Assembly: GCA_017446125.1 (NCBI GenBank)
Contig: JAFSRL010000022.1
Span: 1-59,165, forward strand
Source of the DNA: Lachnospiraceae bacterium
GTDB taxonomy: Bacteria; Bacillota; Clostridia; Lachnospirales; Lachnospiraceae
Direction of reading: 5' to 3'
Length of the DNA: 59,165 bases
Below are positions 1 through 7,752 of this stretch, piece after piece. The notes beneath the pieces are model-generated. The model did not search any database. It was not told where the DNA came from and was given only the letters and a program-made list of their open reading frames with translations. Positions within the stretch are counted from its first letter, which is position 1; every line of letters starts with the position of its first letter. A program made the position numbers and the translations under genes.

Positions 1-1033
1 CATCGCCAATCACCGCGGACAGCATATAGGGTGCTAAGTTGATCTGCATTTTTCCGGATTCGATTCTGGAAAAGTCGATGACATCGTTGATGACGGACAA
101 AAGGCTTTGTCCCGCGCGTTCAATCCCGCCGGCATATTCCGTGATTTCAGCATCCTTGCTCTGCCGAAGAATCATCTCGTTCATGCCCAGCACCGCATTA
201 AGCGGTGTGCGCATTTCGTGTGACATGTTTGCAAGAAACTCCGTCTTCGCGACATTCGCCGCCTCCGCACGCTGCCGCTCGACCATCAGCTCGTCCATTG
301 TACGGGAGAGCTTGATAAAGTCCGGCGTTTCCGCGTTAAAGTAAAACACAAAGAGCGCAAACGTGCCGCCCAGATAGTTAATCATGGGGGTCTCGCCGAT
401 AAACGCCTGAACCACGATGGAGGAAATGGTCAAAAGAAACGAAAAGATCACAATCAACCGCGAACGGGAATCACTCGACTCCCTGCGCAGCAAAAACAGA
501 TACAGCGCGTAAATCAGATGATACAGCTCCATGACGAAGCCGGTCACGAAGAACAGGATGCCGTCCTGACGGATCAACACATCTTCCCGCAGGATATAGG
601 GAATCGCAAACAAAAGCCAAAGCGCCAAAATCACGCCCTGCGCCACCACCATGCAGCGGTTAAAGAGGGGCATGGGCTTTTCATCCTCTGTGCTTCTGTT
701 GAAGTAGCGCTGCATATAGTACGAAAAATAATAACAGACCATGGTGTTTGCCATAAAGGCAAGCGCCTGCAGCGCACAGATGACAGTTAAGGGCACCGGA
801 AGATTCACATACGTCAAAAACACCTGTAAGCAGGTGATCATGTTTGCCGCCATCACGGAAAACAGCACGGAGGAAAACACACTGCGCCCCTGCTGCTGCC
901 TCACCTGCTGCACCTTGATGATGACATAGAGCAACAGGTTAAACATCAGCGCGACACAGGAAACCTCAATCGACTGAAACGCCTGGGATGCGGAAATCTT
1001 TTCAATTTGTTCCGTAACGTAAAAAGTGTTCAC
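1..1033 (-). CDS. Membrane sensor histidine kinase (HisKA, hybrid-kinase type), 3' part outside the window
   Basis: Not in the ORF track because it runs off the edge. Manual translation (frame 1033->2) gives several hydrophobic segments, then RQRAEAANVAKTEFLANMSHEMRTPLNAVLGMNEMIL...SLLSVINDVIDFSRIESGKMQI, a typical HisKA H-box. Start uncertain; GTG at 1033 assumed. Confidence 0.88.
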   Translation of the reverse strand, partial: MNTFYVTEQIEKISASQAFQSIEVSCVALMFNLLLYVIIKVQQVRQQQGRSVFSSVLFSVMAANMITCLQVFLTYVNLPVPLTVICALQALAFMANTMVCYYFSYYMQRYFNRSTEDEKPMPLFNRCMVVAQGVILALWLLFAIPYILREDVLIRQDGILFFVTGFVMELYHLIYALYLFLLRRESSDSRSRLIVIFSFLLTISSIVVQAFIGETPMINYLGGTFALFVFYFNAETPDFIKLSRTMDELMVERQRAEAANVAKTEFLANMSHEMRTPLNAVLGMNEMILRQSKDAEITEYAGGIERAGQSLLSVINDVIDFSRIESGKMQINLAPYMLSAVIGD

Positions 1034-1063
1034 TATTTCTATTATTACATATATACTTATGAT
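1029..1063 (+). promoter_or_regulatory. Putative sigma-A promoter for a leaderless transcript
   Basis: TTCACT (1029-1034), 17 bp, TATACT (1052-1057), 6 bp, ATG (1064); no Shine-Dalgarno sequence. Confidence 0.5.
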
Positions 1064-1579
1064 ATGAAATCAGAACTTTTACAGGAACTGAACGAAACCG
1101 TAACAAATGAACTTTCCCGCTTAAAGCACCTTCGCGTAAAGAAAAGCCTTACAACGGATGAAACAAAGGATGCCGTGTTGATGCTTGGTGTATTAAAGGA
1201 TAAAACAAAGGCTGTCTTTGTTGCACGGGAAGAGACGCTTTCGCAGGATGCGCTTGCGCTGAAAAAGGAATTCCACGGTACCGCCGGTCATGCGCTCATC
1301 GCGACAAGGCTGTTTGCGGAACAGGATGCGAACGTAGGGTTAAACGACGTATGGGCTGCCTGGGACGCGCTCATTTCCCTGTTTGAAACCGGAGAACACA
1401 GCGCCCCCGTACCTGATGCCGCAAAGCAACTGCAGCAGGCTGCGGATGCCGCAGGCATTACACTCACGATTCAAAGCGCGATTCCGCAGGACGAAGAAGC
1501 GCTGCGCACATTTATGAAAGAAGCCTCCGCCGCGCTCCTTGCGGCGGTAAAGGAAGGAAGAAAAAGCGTTTCTGTTTAA
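1064..1579 (+). CDS. Soluble histidine-kinase-derived protein (DHp-like segment plus truncated, degenerate ATPase segment)
   Basis: LALKKEFHGTAGHALIATRLF aligns by eye with LATKVRIHDMLGQELLTTRFF of the kinase at 2093-3178; the C-terminal AAVKEG matches its N-box NAVRHG. ATG 1064 preferred over the ORF-track start at 1007. Confidence 0.7.
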   Translation: MKSELLQELNETVTNELSRLKHLRVKKSLTTDETKDAVLMLGVLKDKTKAVFVAREETLSQDALALKKEFHGTAGHALIATRLFAEQDANVGLNDVWAAWDALISLFETGEHSAPVPDAAKQLQQAADAAGITLTIQSAIPQDEEALRTFMKEASAALLAAVKEGRKSVSV

Positions 1580-1585
1580 ACGTCT

Positions 1586-1978
1586 TCACATTCCCGCGGG
1601 ATAAACGGATTCCCCCGCCATTGTGCGGTCGCAGACAGAGAGAATCGCATCCACAGCGACCTCCTTATACCAGAAGCTTTCGACACCGGCAGCGCGGGCG
1701 CGCTCAATCCAGCCGCTTTCCGGCATGGACGTCATCACGACAATCTTGACATGCGGAAACTGTTCCTTGATTCTTGCGCTTGCCTCCAGTCCGTCCGCAC
1801 CGAACGCGGTATAGACATCCATCAGCACAAGCTCAATCCCGCGTCCCTCGATGTAGAGGTCCGCCAAGTCCGCGTTGTCAATGGACGCGGCAACCTCATA
1901 GCGCCCGCTCTGTTGCAGCACGCGCGTCATCCGATCTCTTTGCAGTTCCTGATCTTCCACGATCATTGCCTTAATCAT
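1586..1978 (-). CDS. Stand-alone receiver domain, HTH-less paralog of the NarL-type regulator at 5142-5774
   Basis: IVED acidic pair, LMDVYT phospho-Asp, SFWYK conserved Lys; shares AGVESFWYKE and TMAGESVYP with 5142-5774. Start could be 1978, 1984 or 1990. Confidence 0.85.
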   Translation of the reverse strand: MIKAMIVEDQELQRDRMTRVLQQSGRYEVAASIDNADLADLYIEGRGIELVLMDVYTAFGADGLEASARIKEQFPHVKIVVMTSMPESGWIERARAAGVESFWYKEVAVDAILSVCDRTMAGESVYPAGM

Positions 1979-1994
1979 TAACATTACCATGATG

Positions 1995-2079
1995 ATACTA
2001 CCTTATCAGAGGACCGGTTTCAAAAACATCCTCTTATGGGTGTATCGTTATATCGTTAATAATTAGTCGTTATATCGTT
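1995..2079 (-). promoter_or_regulatory. Promoter with a NarL-like 7-2-7 inverted repeat and a 13-bp direct repeat
   Basis: Minus strand TTGAAA (2023-2018), 17 bp, TAGTAT (2000-1995). CACCCAT-AA-GAGGATG at 2042-2027. TCGTTATATCGTT at 2045-2057 and 2067-2079 (plus-strand reading). Confidence 0.5.
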
Positions 2080-2092
2080 TCAACATTCCCGC

Positions 2093-3178
2093 TTACACCC
2101 ACGGAATGCGAATCACTAAGGTAAACCAATCCTCAAACAGGAAGGACATTTCCCCGTCCACCTCGCGCATCAGGTTTTCGATTGCGTTGAACCCGCCGCC
2201 CCTGGGCATATCCTTTGGCGGGATCACGCCGTTGTTGGAGAAACGAATGGTATAAAACCCGCCCGCTGTTTCCTTTTCCTCAAACCGGATCACCATCTGT
2301 GTGGCGCTGCCGTGACGGACTGCATTGCCCATACAGACACGGGCGCAGGACATGATAATCCTGATCAACTGCGGGCTGCCCTCCGGAAAATCTCCCGCAA
2401 AGGAAAGCCTTAAGCCCATGACCGTTGCGGCATCCGTCAGCGCCTTTAAGGCATCGTTCGCGCGGGCCTTCTGCGCATTCACCTGCGTTAATCCTTCGCC
2501 CTGTCCCATCGATGTCAAATCCTCCAGCACGCGACTCCAGCGCTCAACCACCTGCTCCTGTGTCAGGTCGCTGTCCTTGTCCGTTAAGAAAAAGCGTGTC
2601 GTCAACAGCTCCTGTCCCAGCATATCGTGAATGCGCACCTTCGTCGCAAGGAAGGCCTCCGAACGCGCAAGCTCGGAAACACTTTCATCAAAGCTCAAGA
2701 GCCGCTCATGCGCGCTTTCGAGCTCCTTCATCTGGTCTCTTAGCTTCTCCTCGTTGCGGTACAAATCCGTTGTCTCGGTTGCGGTCATCTGGTAGACCAC
2801 CGTGTTGTTGATCATGACCTTCTCGCGCTTTACATGAATAACACGCTCCGGTTGTATCAGGAAAAACGCATCCCGCGTCCCGCGCACGCGCGTTTCGTTG
2901 TCAAAAGTCTTCTCAAACAGTCCGGTGTGGAATGCCGCGCCGTTCATCAACGGCCTTTCGGTCAGCGACTCGCACAACAGGTTCATCGTTTTGTTTGTCA
3001 AAAGCACCAGACCGTTTTCCGCGTAGAACATGAGCCCCATGGGCAGGTGGTCTATGCTGTACTTGATGCTGTTGATGACAAGACGGTGCCGGAAATACCG
3101 CATGTAGACCAGGAACAGCAACACCATGCCTGCCGGGATAGCGACAACAACGATTCCCTTCAACATCAAAGGACTCAT
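2093..3178 (-). CDS. Sensor histidine kinase, HisKA_3/NarQ-like, single N-terminal TM
   Basis: TM helix, PAS-like segment (IDHLPMGLMF), H-box RIHDMLGQ, N-box GNAVRHG, G1-like SNNG, G2-like RGGGF. ATG 3178 overlaps the upstream stop codon (ATGA). Confidence 0.85.
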   Translation of the reverse strand: MSPLMLKGIVVVAIPAGMVLLFLVYMRYFRHRLVINSIKYSIDHLPMGLMFYAENGLVLLTNKTMNLLCESLTERPLMNGAAFHTGLFEKTFDNETRVRGTRDAFFLIQPERVIHVKREKVMINNTVVYQMTATETTDLYRNEEKLRDQMKELESAHERLLSFDESVSELARSEAFLATKVRIHDMLGQELLTTRFFLTDKDSDLTQEQVVERWSRVLEDLTSMGQGEGLTQVNAQKARANDALKALTDAATVMGLRLSFAGDFPEGSPQLIRIIMSCARVCMGNAVRHGSATQMVIRFEEKETAGGFYTIRFSNNGVIPPKDMPRGGGFNAIENLMREVDGEMSFLFEDWFTLVIRIPWV

Positions 3179-4731
3179 GCCTGCCACCTCATTTCATACG
3201 AGCGCATGCCGCGCCCCGAGGCCGCCATCGTCACCGTAGTCCCTGCCTCATCCGCGACCAGCTCCAGCCGCATCCGGTCAAGAATCGGGAGGAAGCGCTC
3301 AAGCGTCTCCTCAAATTCGTCATAGATTTCCCGAATCCGCACCGCGTTCATCTTACTGTCTTCCGCAATCTGAGGCCGGTACACCGTACTCACGGGAATG
3401 AGGGCAAGCGTTTCGTTTGTCTCGCGCAGGCAAAAATGCAGCTCCTGCACCGGCAATTCATTATGCGCCTCACTGATTAAAACCAGATTAGAACGCCGCT
3501 TGACATAGGCGGCATAAAAGGCGACGCGCGCAAGAAGCTCTTCCGCCTCCGCGCCCTTTGCCTGCCTGCAGTCGAAAATCAGTTGCTTGAGGGTATTGAT
3601 CTGGTTCTTGACGTCCCCCAGTGCCTTGTCATACAGACGCATCTTTTCCTGCACGCGCAGGGTGTCGCGCTTAATCTTCGCCTCCGCCTCCAGCTTTCTG
3701 TTTGCCTCGTTGCGCTCCGCCGCGGCCTTCTCCAGTGCTTTTAACACACGCATGGAATCCGTGACGTCCTCCTCGTAGTAGAGCTCCCCGAGCGGAATCT
3801 CATAGCGCCGCTTGCGGAACTCACGGGAATCGTCCTGACCTACTGCCGCAACGCCCGCAGACTGGAACCGCACCTGCGCGTTCGCATCCAGAATCTTCAT
3901 GGGCACGGTGGACGCGTTGAAGAACAAGGGATAAAACCGGTTCGACGGGATGAGACCGGCGCTTAGGCACGCCTCCCAGACGCCGATGGAAACGACGTAG
4001 GTCATGTTTCTTGACTCGATAAACCCGACCCCGTACGGGGAACGGTTGATGGTATACAGAATCGTATAAAGAATGCCGCAAGCGGCGACGATGACGGGGC
4101 TGCGCAAATACACCTGCAGGCCCGCAGCGCGGCACACCTGATACAGCCGCACAATGGGAAGCACCGTAAACAGCAACAGCCACGCCTGGACAACAAAATA
4201 CAAATACGTTACATGGTGCGCACCGCCCAGGGTGGAGGCATTAAGGTCGTCAAACCAGAACGCCTTAAAATGCAAATCGTTTGTCACGATGCCAAGCGAA
4301 AGCGCCGCACACGGAATCAGGAGCAGAAGATATTTCTTCGGCATGTGCCAGTTCTCCGGTCGTCCGATGTAGAGCGTCATAAAATAAGAGACAAGCGGGA
4401 TGGCGGGATTCGGTACGTAATACAAATACCAGAAGAAGCGCTCATAGGGCTGGATTCCCGCGAACACCAGATGACGAAAGCCCCAGAAGACCTGCATCAT
4501 CAAAAGCAGCGCCACAAGGATGGCATGGAAGATGCGGATTTGCGGATGATAAATCCGGCTGCTCGCGGATGCCGCCCACAACAGAATCATGGCACACACA
4601 ATGCCGTGGCGGAGGTATTGCATGAGTTCGGGGTCGATGATGCGCGCGGGAAGAAACCGCATTGCGCTGACCAGAATCAATACGATCAGGGAAAGAACCG
4701 GATACAGGTATTTCCGGCGACGTAAGACCAT
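3175..4731 (-). CDS. Multi-TM (HisKA_7TM-like) sensor with a degenerate kinase-like C-terminus (pseudo-kinase)
   Basis: About 7-8 hydrophobic segments with an FWYLYY / TNDLH..F pattern, then a coiled coil; no His at the H-box position (KMRLYDKALG) and no N/G1/G2 boxes. Confidence 0.7.
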   Translation of the reverse strand: MVLRRRKYLYPVLSLIVLILVSAMRFLPARIIDPELMQYLRHGIVCAMILLWAASASSRIYHPQIRIFHAILVALLLMMQVFWGFRHLVFAGIQPYERFFWYLYYVPNPAIPLVSYFMTLYIGRPENWHMPKKYLLLLIPCAALSLGIVTNDLHFKAFWFDDLNASTLGGAHHVTYLYFVVQAWLLLFTVLPIVRLYQVCRAAGLQVYLRSPVIVAACGILYTILYTINRSPYGVGFIESRNMTYVVSIGVWEACLSAGLIPSNRFYPLFFNASTVPMKILDANAQVRFQSAGVAAVGQDDSREFRKRRYEIPLGELYYEEDVTDSMRVLKALEKAAAERNEANRKLEAEAKIKRDTLRVQEKMRLYDKALGDVKNQINTLKQLIFDCRQAKGAEAEELLARVAFYAAYVKRRSNLVLISEAHNELPVQELHFCLRETNETLALIPVSTVYRPQIAEDSKMNAVRIREIYDEFEETLERFLPILDRMRLELVADEAGTTVTMAASGRGMRSYEMRWQA

Positions 4732-5127
4732 TTACGCCTGCTCCATGGCGGCTTTGCGATAGGAGGTCAGTTCGATTGCGTTTCTGACGCGGTTATACAG
4801 AACACGGGGCGCGAACGGTTTTTTGACATAATCCACCGCGCCCTCCTGCAGGCACATTTCCTCGATGGAGGAATCCTCCTCCGCGGTTAAGAAGATGACC
4901 GGAACATCCTTTAAGCGCTCATCCTTCAACATCCGTTGATAGACCTCGAAGCCGTCCTCGTCCGGCATGCGGATATCCATGAGCACAAGATCCGGCAGCG
5001 ACTCCTTCATCATTTCAATGCCGCTTGATCCGTTTAAGGCGCATTGCACCTGAAAGTCACCGCCCAGAACACGCTTCACCACGATGTGCACGATGTTGTC
5101 ATCATCAATCAGTAATACGCTTTTCAT
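4732..5127 (-). CDS. Single-domain response regulator (receiver only)
   Basis: LLIDDD, DLVLMDIRMP..DG, VIFLTA, GAVDYVKKPF; RBS GAAGGAG. Confidence 0.9.
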   Translation of the reverse strand: MKSVLLIDDDNIVHIVVKRVLGGDFQVQCALNGSSGIEMMKESLPDLVLMDIRMPDEDGFEVYQRMLKDERLKDVPVIFLTAEEDSSIEEMCLQEGAVDYVKKPFAPRVLYNRVRNAIELTSYRKAAMEQA

Positions 5128-5141
5128 GTGGATTCTCCTTC

Positions 5142-5774
5142 TTATTCCTCAAAGATCACAAGCCCGGTCTCCCGCGCCCGTACCGCAAGCTCCGTACGCG
5201 TCCGGAAGCCGGTTTTGCTCAACAGCGACTTCACATGCATCTTGACCGTCTCCACCGAAAGAAACAGCTTTTCGCTGATCTCCGCGTTGGTGTCCCCGCG
5301 CACCACGCCGCGCAACACCTCCACCTCGCGGTCGGTCAGCTCCTTATTGCTGGTCAATCCAAACGGTGTCAGAGGCGTTTCCGTGGGGTAAACGCTCTCT
5401 CCCGCCATGGTATTGTCCATGAGCTCCAAAAGCTCCTCTTTGTCCGCTTCCTTGTACCAGAAGCTTTCCACGCCCGCTTCCCGTGCCCGTTTGATATAAG
5501 AAAACTCCGGCATGCCGGTAATGATGATAATCTTGATTTCCGGGGATTCTTTTTTGATGACCTCCGCAGCGGCGATTCCGTCCGCGCCGAGCTGCGTATA
5601 GACATCCATTAAGATGAGCTGCACCTCGCCGTGCGCGCAGTGAACGGGCGCAAGAAGCGCATTCTCGACAATCTTCACAAGCCGGTAGCGGTCCACAGAC
5701 TCGATATACATGCGGAGCATCTCCGCGATCATTTTATCGTCTTCGACAATCAGGACGTTTGTGCAGCGTTCCAT
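5142..5774 (-). CDS. NarL/LuxR-family DNA-binding response regulator
   Basis: Receiver domain plus LuxR HTH (LTDREVEVLRGVVRGDTNAEISEKLFLSVETVKMHV). Upstream extended -10 TGATAGAAT and a GGGGG RBS. Confidence 0.93.
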   Translation of the reverse strand: MERCTNVLIVEDDKMIAEMLRMYIESVDRYRLVKIVENALLAPVHCAHGEVQLILMDVYTQLGADGIAAAEVIKKESPEIKIIIITGMPEFSYIKRAREAGVESFWYKEADKEELLELMDNTMAGESVYPTETPLTPFGLTSNKELTDREVEVLRGVVRGDTNAEISEKLFLSVETVKMHVKSLLSKTGFRTRTELAVRARETGLVIFEE

Positions 5775-5826
5775 GCAACCCCCATTGTTGCGCTTTTCGT
5801 GATTACGGAATTAATTCTATCACATC

Positions 5827-7746
5827 TTACGCCGTTTTTCCTGTGTAGAGCTGGTAATACTTTTTCCCCAATGCAATGAGCTCGTCATGCGTGCCCTGCT
5901 CGATGATGCGGCCGTTCTCCATGACAAGAATCTGATCCGCGTTCTTGACGGTGGAAAGACGGTGCGCAATGACAAAGGTGGTTCTTCCCTTCATGAGATG
6001 GTCCATGCCCTCCTGCACCAGCCGTTCCGTTCTGGTGTCGATGGAGCTGGTCGCCTCATCCAGAATGAGCACCGGCGGGTCCGCGATGGCGGCTCTTGCG
6101 ATCGCGAGCAACTGCCGCTGCCCCTGACTTAAATTCGCGCCGTCGCCCGTGAGCATCGTGTCATACCCCTCGGGGAGACGCTTGATGAATTTGTCCGCAT
6201 TCGCAAGCTTCGCGGCGGCGATGACCTCTTCATCCGTCGCGTCCGGATTGCCGTAACGGATATTTTCCTTCACGGTTCCGGTAAACAAATGCGTATCCTG
6301 CAAGACCATCCCTAAGGATCGTCTCAAATCCTGTGTTTTAATCTTGTTGACATTGATATTGTCGTAGCGGATCTTTCCGTCCTGAATCGTATAGAACCGG
6401 TTGATCAGGTTGGTGATGGTGGTCTTTCCGGCGCCCGTCGACCCCACCAGCGCAATCTTTTGACCCGGTAAAGCATGCAGCACAATGTCATGCAAAACCA
6501 TCTTGTCATCCGTATACCCGAAGTCCACCCCGTGGAAGGTCACATCGCCCTGCAAAGGAACATAATCCGTGGTATCCGTCGCCTTGTGGTAATGCTTCCA
6601 CGCCCATTTTCCGGTGCGTTCCTCTGTCTCTGTTAAAACGCCGTTTTCTTCCCGCGCATTGACCAAGGTGACATAGCCCTCATCCGTTTCCGGTTCCTCG
6701 TCCATGAGCCTGAAAATCCGCTCCGCGCCCGCGAGCGCCATGATGATGGAATTAAACTGCGCGGTCACCTGATTGATGGGCATGTTGAAATTGCGGTTCA
6801 GGGTCAAAAAGCTTGCCAGGGCACCCACGGTAAATCCGAGATAACCGTTCAAGGCAAACAGCCCGCCCACCATCGCACAGACCACATAGCTGGTGTTCCC
6901 CAGCTGCATCGAAATGGGTCCCATCAGGTTCGCGTACGCGTTCGCCTTATACGCGCTTTGGTAAAGCGCTTCATTGAGTTCGTCAAAGGTCTCAATGCTC
7001 TCATCCTCGTGGTTGAAAACCTTAACCACCTTCTGCCCGGTCATGGTCTCTTCGATAAAGCCGTTTAAGCTTCCCAAATTGCGCTGCTGCTCCACAAAGT
7101 TTCTTCCGGAAACCCTGGTTGCCTGCGAGGCGCTAAACACCATGACCGCAACCATGGCAAGCGTCAAAAACGTCATGGGCACGTTTAGGGCAAGCATCGA
7201 AACAAGGATGGACACGATGGTGATCGCGGAATTGAAAAACTGCGGAACGCTCTGGGAAACCATCTGACGCAGGGTATCGATGTCGTTCGTATAAACCGAC
7301 ATGATGTCTCCGTGCGCGTGGGTGTCAAAGTATTTGACCGGCAGGTACTCCATTTTTGAAAAGAGCTCGTTGCGCATCCTCTTCAACGTTCCCTGATTGA
7401 CATAGATCATCAGGCGCTGCTGAAGAAACGACACCGCAACCCCGATTGCGTACACAACCGCCACCCTGCGGATTGCACCAAAAAGCGGTGCAAAATCCGG
7501 ATTCGCTTCTCCCATCATGGGCGTAATGTAGGAATCGATGAGGGTGCGCATAAACAGCGTCCCCTGCAGGTTCGCGAACACGCTGATCACAATGCAGCAC
7601 AGCACGAGCACCATGTGGATTCCGTAGTACTTAAACACATACCCCATGACGCGCTTTAACAGCAGCTTGGGGTTCTCGACCTTGGGCCTTGGTCCCATGG
7701 GACCCCGGCGCCCCATCTTCACTTCTTTTACGTTTTCCTGCGCCAT
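5827..7746 (-). CDS. ABC exporter, fused permease/ATPase (subunit with consensus Walker A/B)
   Basis: 6-TM domain; GSTGAGKTT, LSQGQRQ, LILDEATS, IAHRLS. Confidence 0.93.
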   Translation of the reverse strand: MAQENVKEVKMGRRGPMGPRPKVENPKLLLKRVMGYVFKYYGIHMVLVLCCIVISVFANLQGTLFMRTLIDSYITPMMGEANPDFAPLFGAIRRVAVVYAIGVAVSFLQQRLMIYVNQGTLKRMRNELFSKMEYLPVKYFDTHAHGDIMSVYTNDIDTLRQMVSQSVPQFFNSAITIVSILVSMLALNVPMTFLTLAMVAVMVFSASQATRVSGRNFVEQQRNLGSLNGFIEETMTGQKVVKVFNHEDESIETFDELNEALYQSAYKANAYANLMGPISMQLGNTSYVVCAMVGGLFALNGYLGFTVGALASFLTLNRNFNMPINQVTAQFNSIIMALAGAERIFRLMDEEPETDEGYVTLVNAREENGVLTETEERTGKWAWKHYHKATDTTDYVPLQGDVTFHGVDFGYTDDKMVLHDIVLHALPGQKIALVGSTGAGKTTITNLINRFYTIQDGKIRYDNINVNKIKTQDLRRSLGMVLQDTHLFTGTVKENIRYGNPDATDEEVIAAAKLANADKFIKRLPEGYDTMLTGDGANLSQGQRQLLAIARAAIADPPVLILDEATSSIDTRTERLVQEGMDHLMKGRTTFVIAHRLSTVKNADQILVMENGRIIEQGTHDELIALGKKYYQLYTGKTA

Positions 7747-7752
7747 ATTCCG

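Noticed and set aside
1586-1978. The HTH-less receiver as a pseudogene
   Set aside because: No frameshift or HTH remnant is visible, catalytic residues are intact and it has a plausible promoter. Kept as a CDS, although decay cannot be excluded without homologs.
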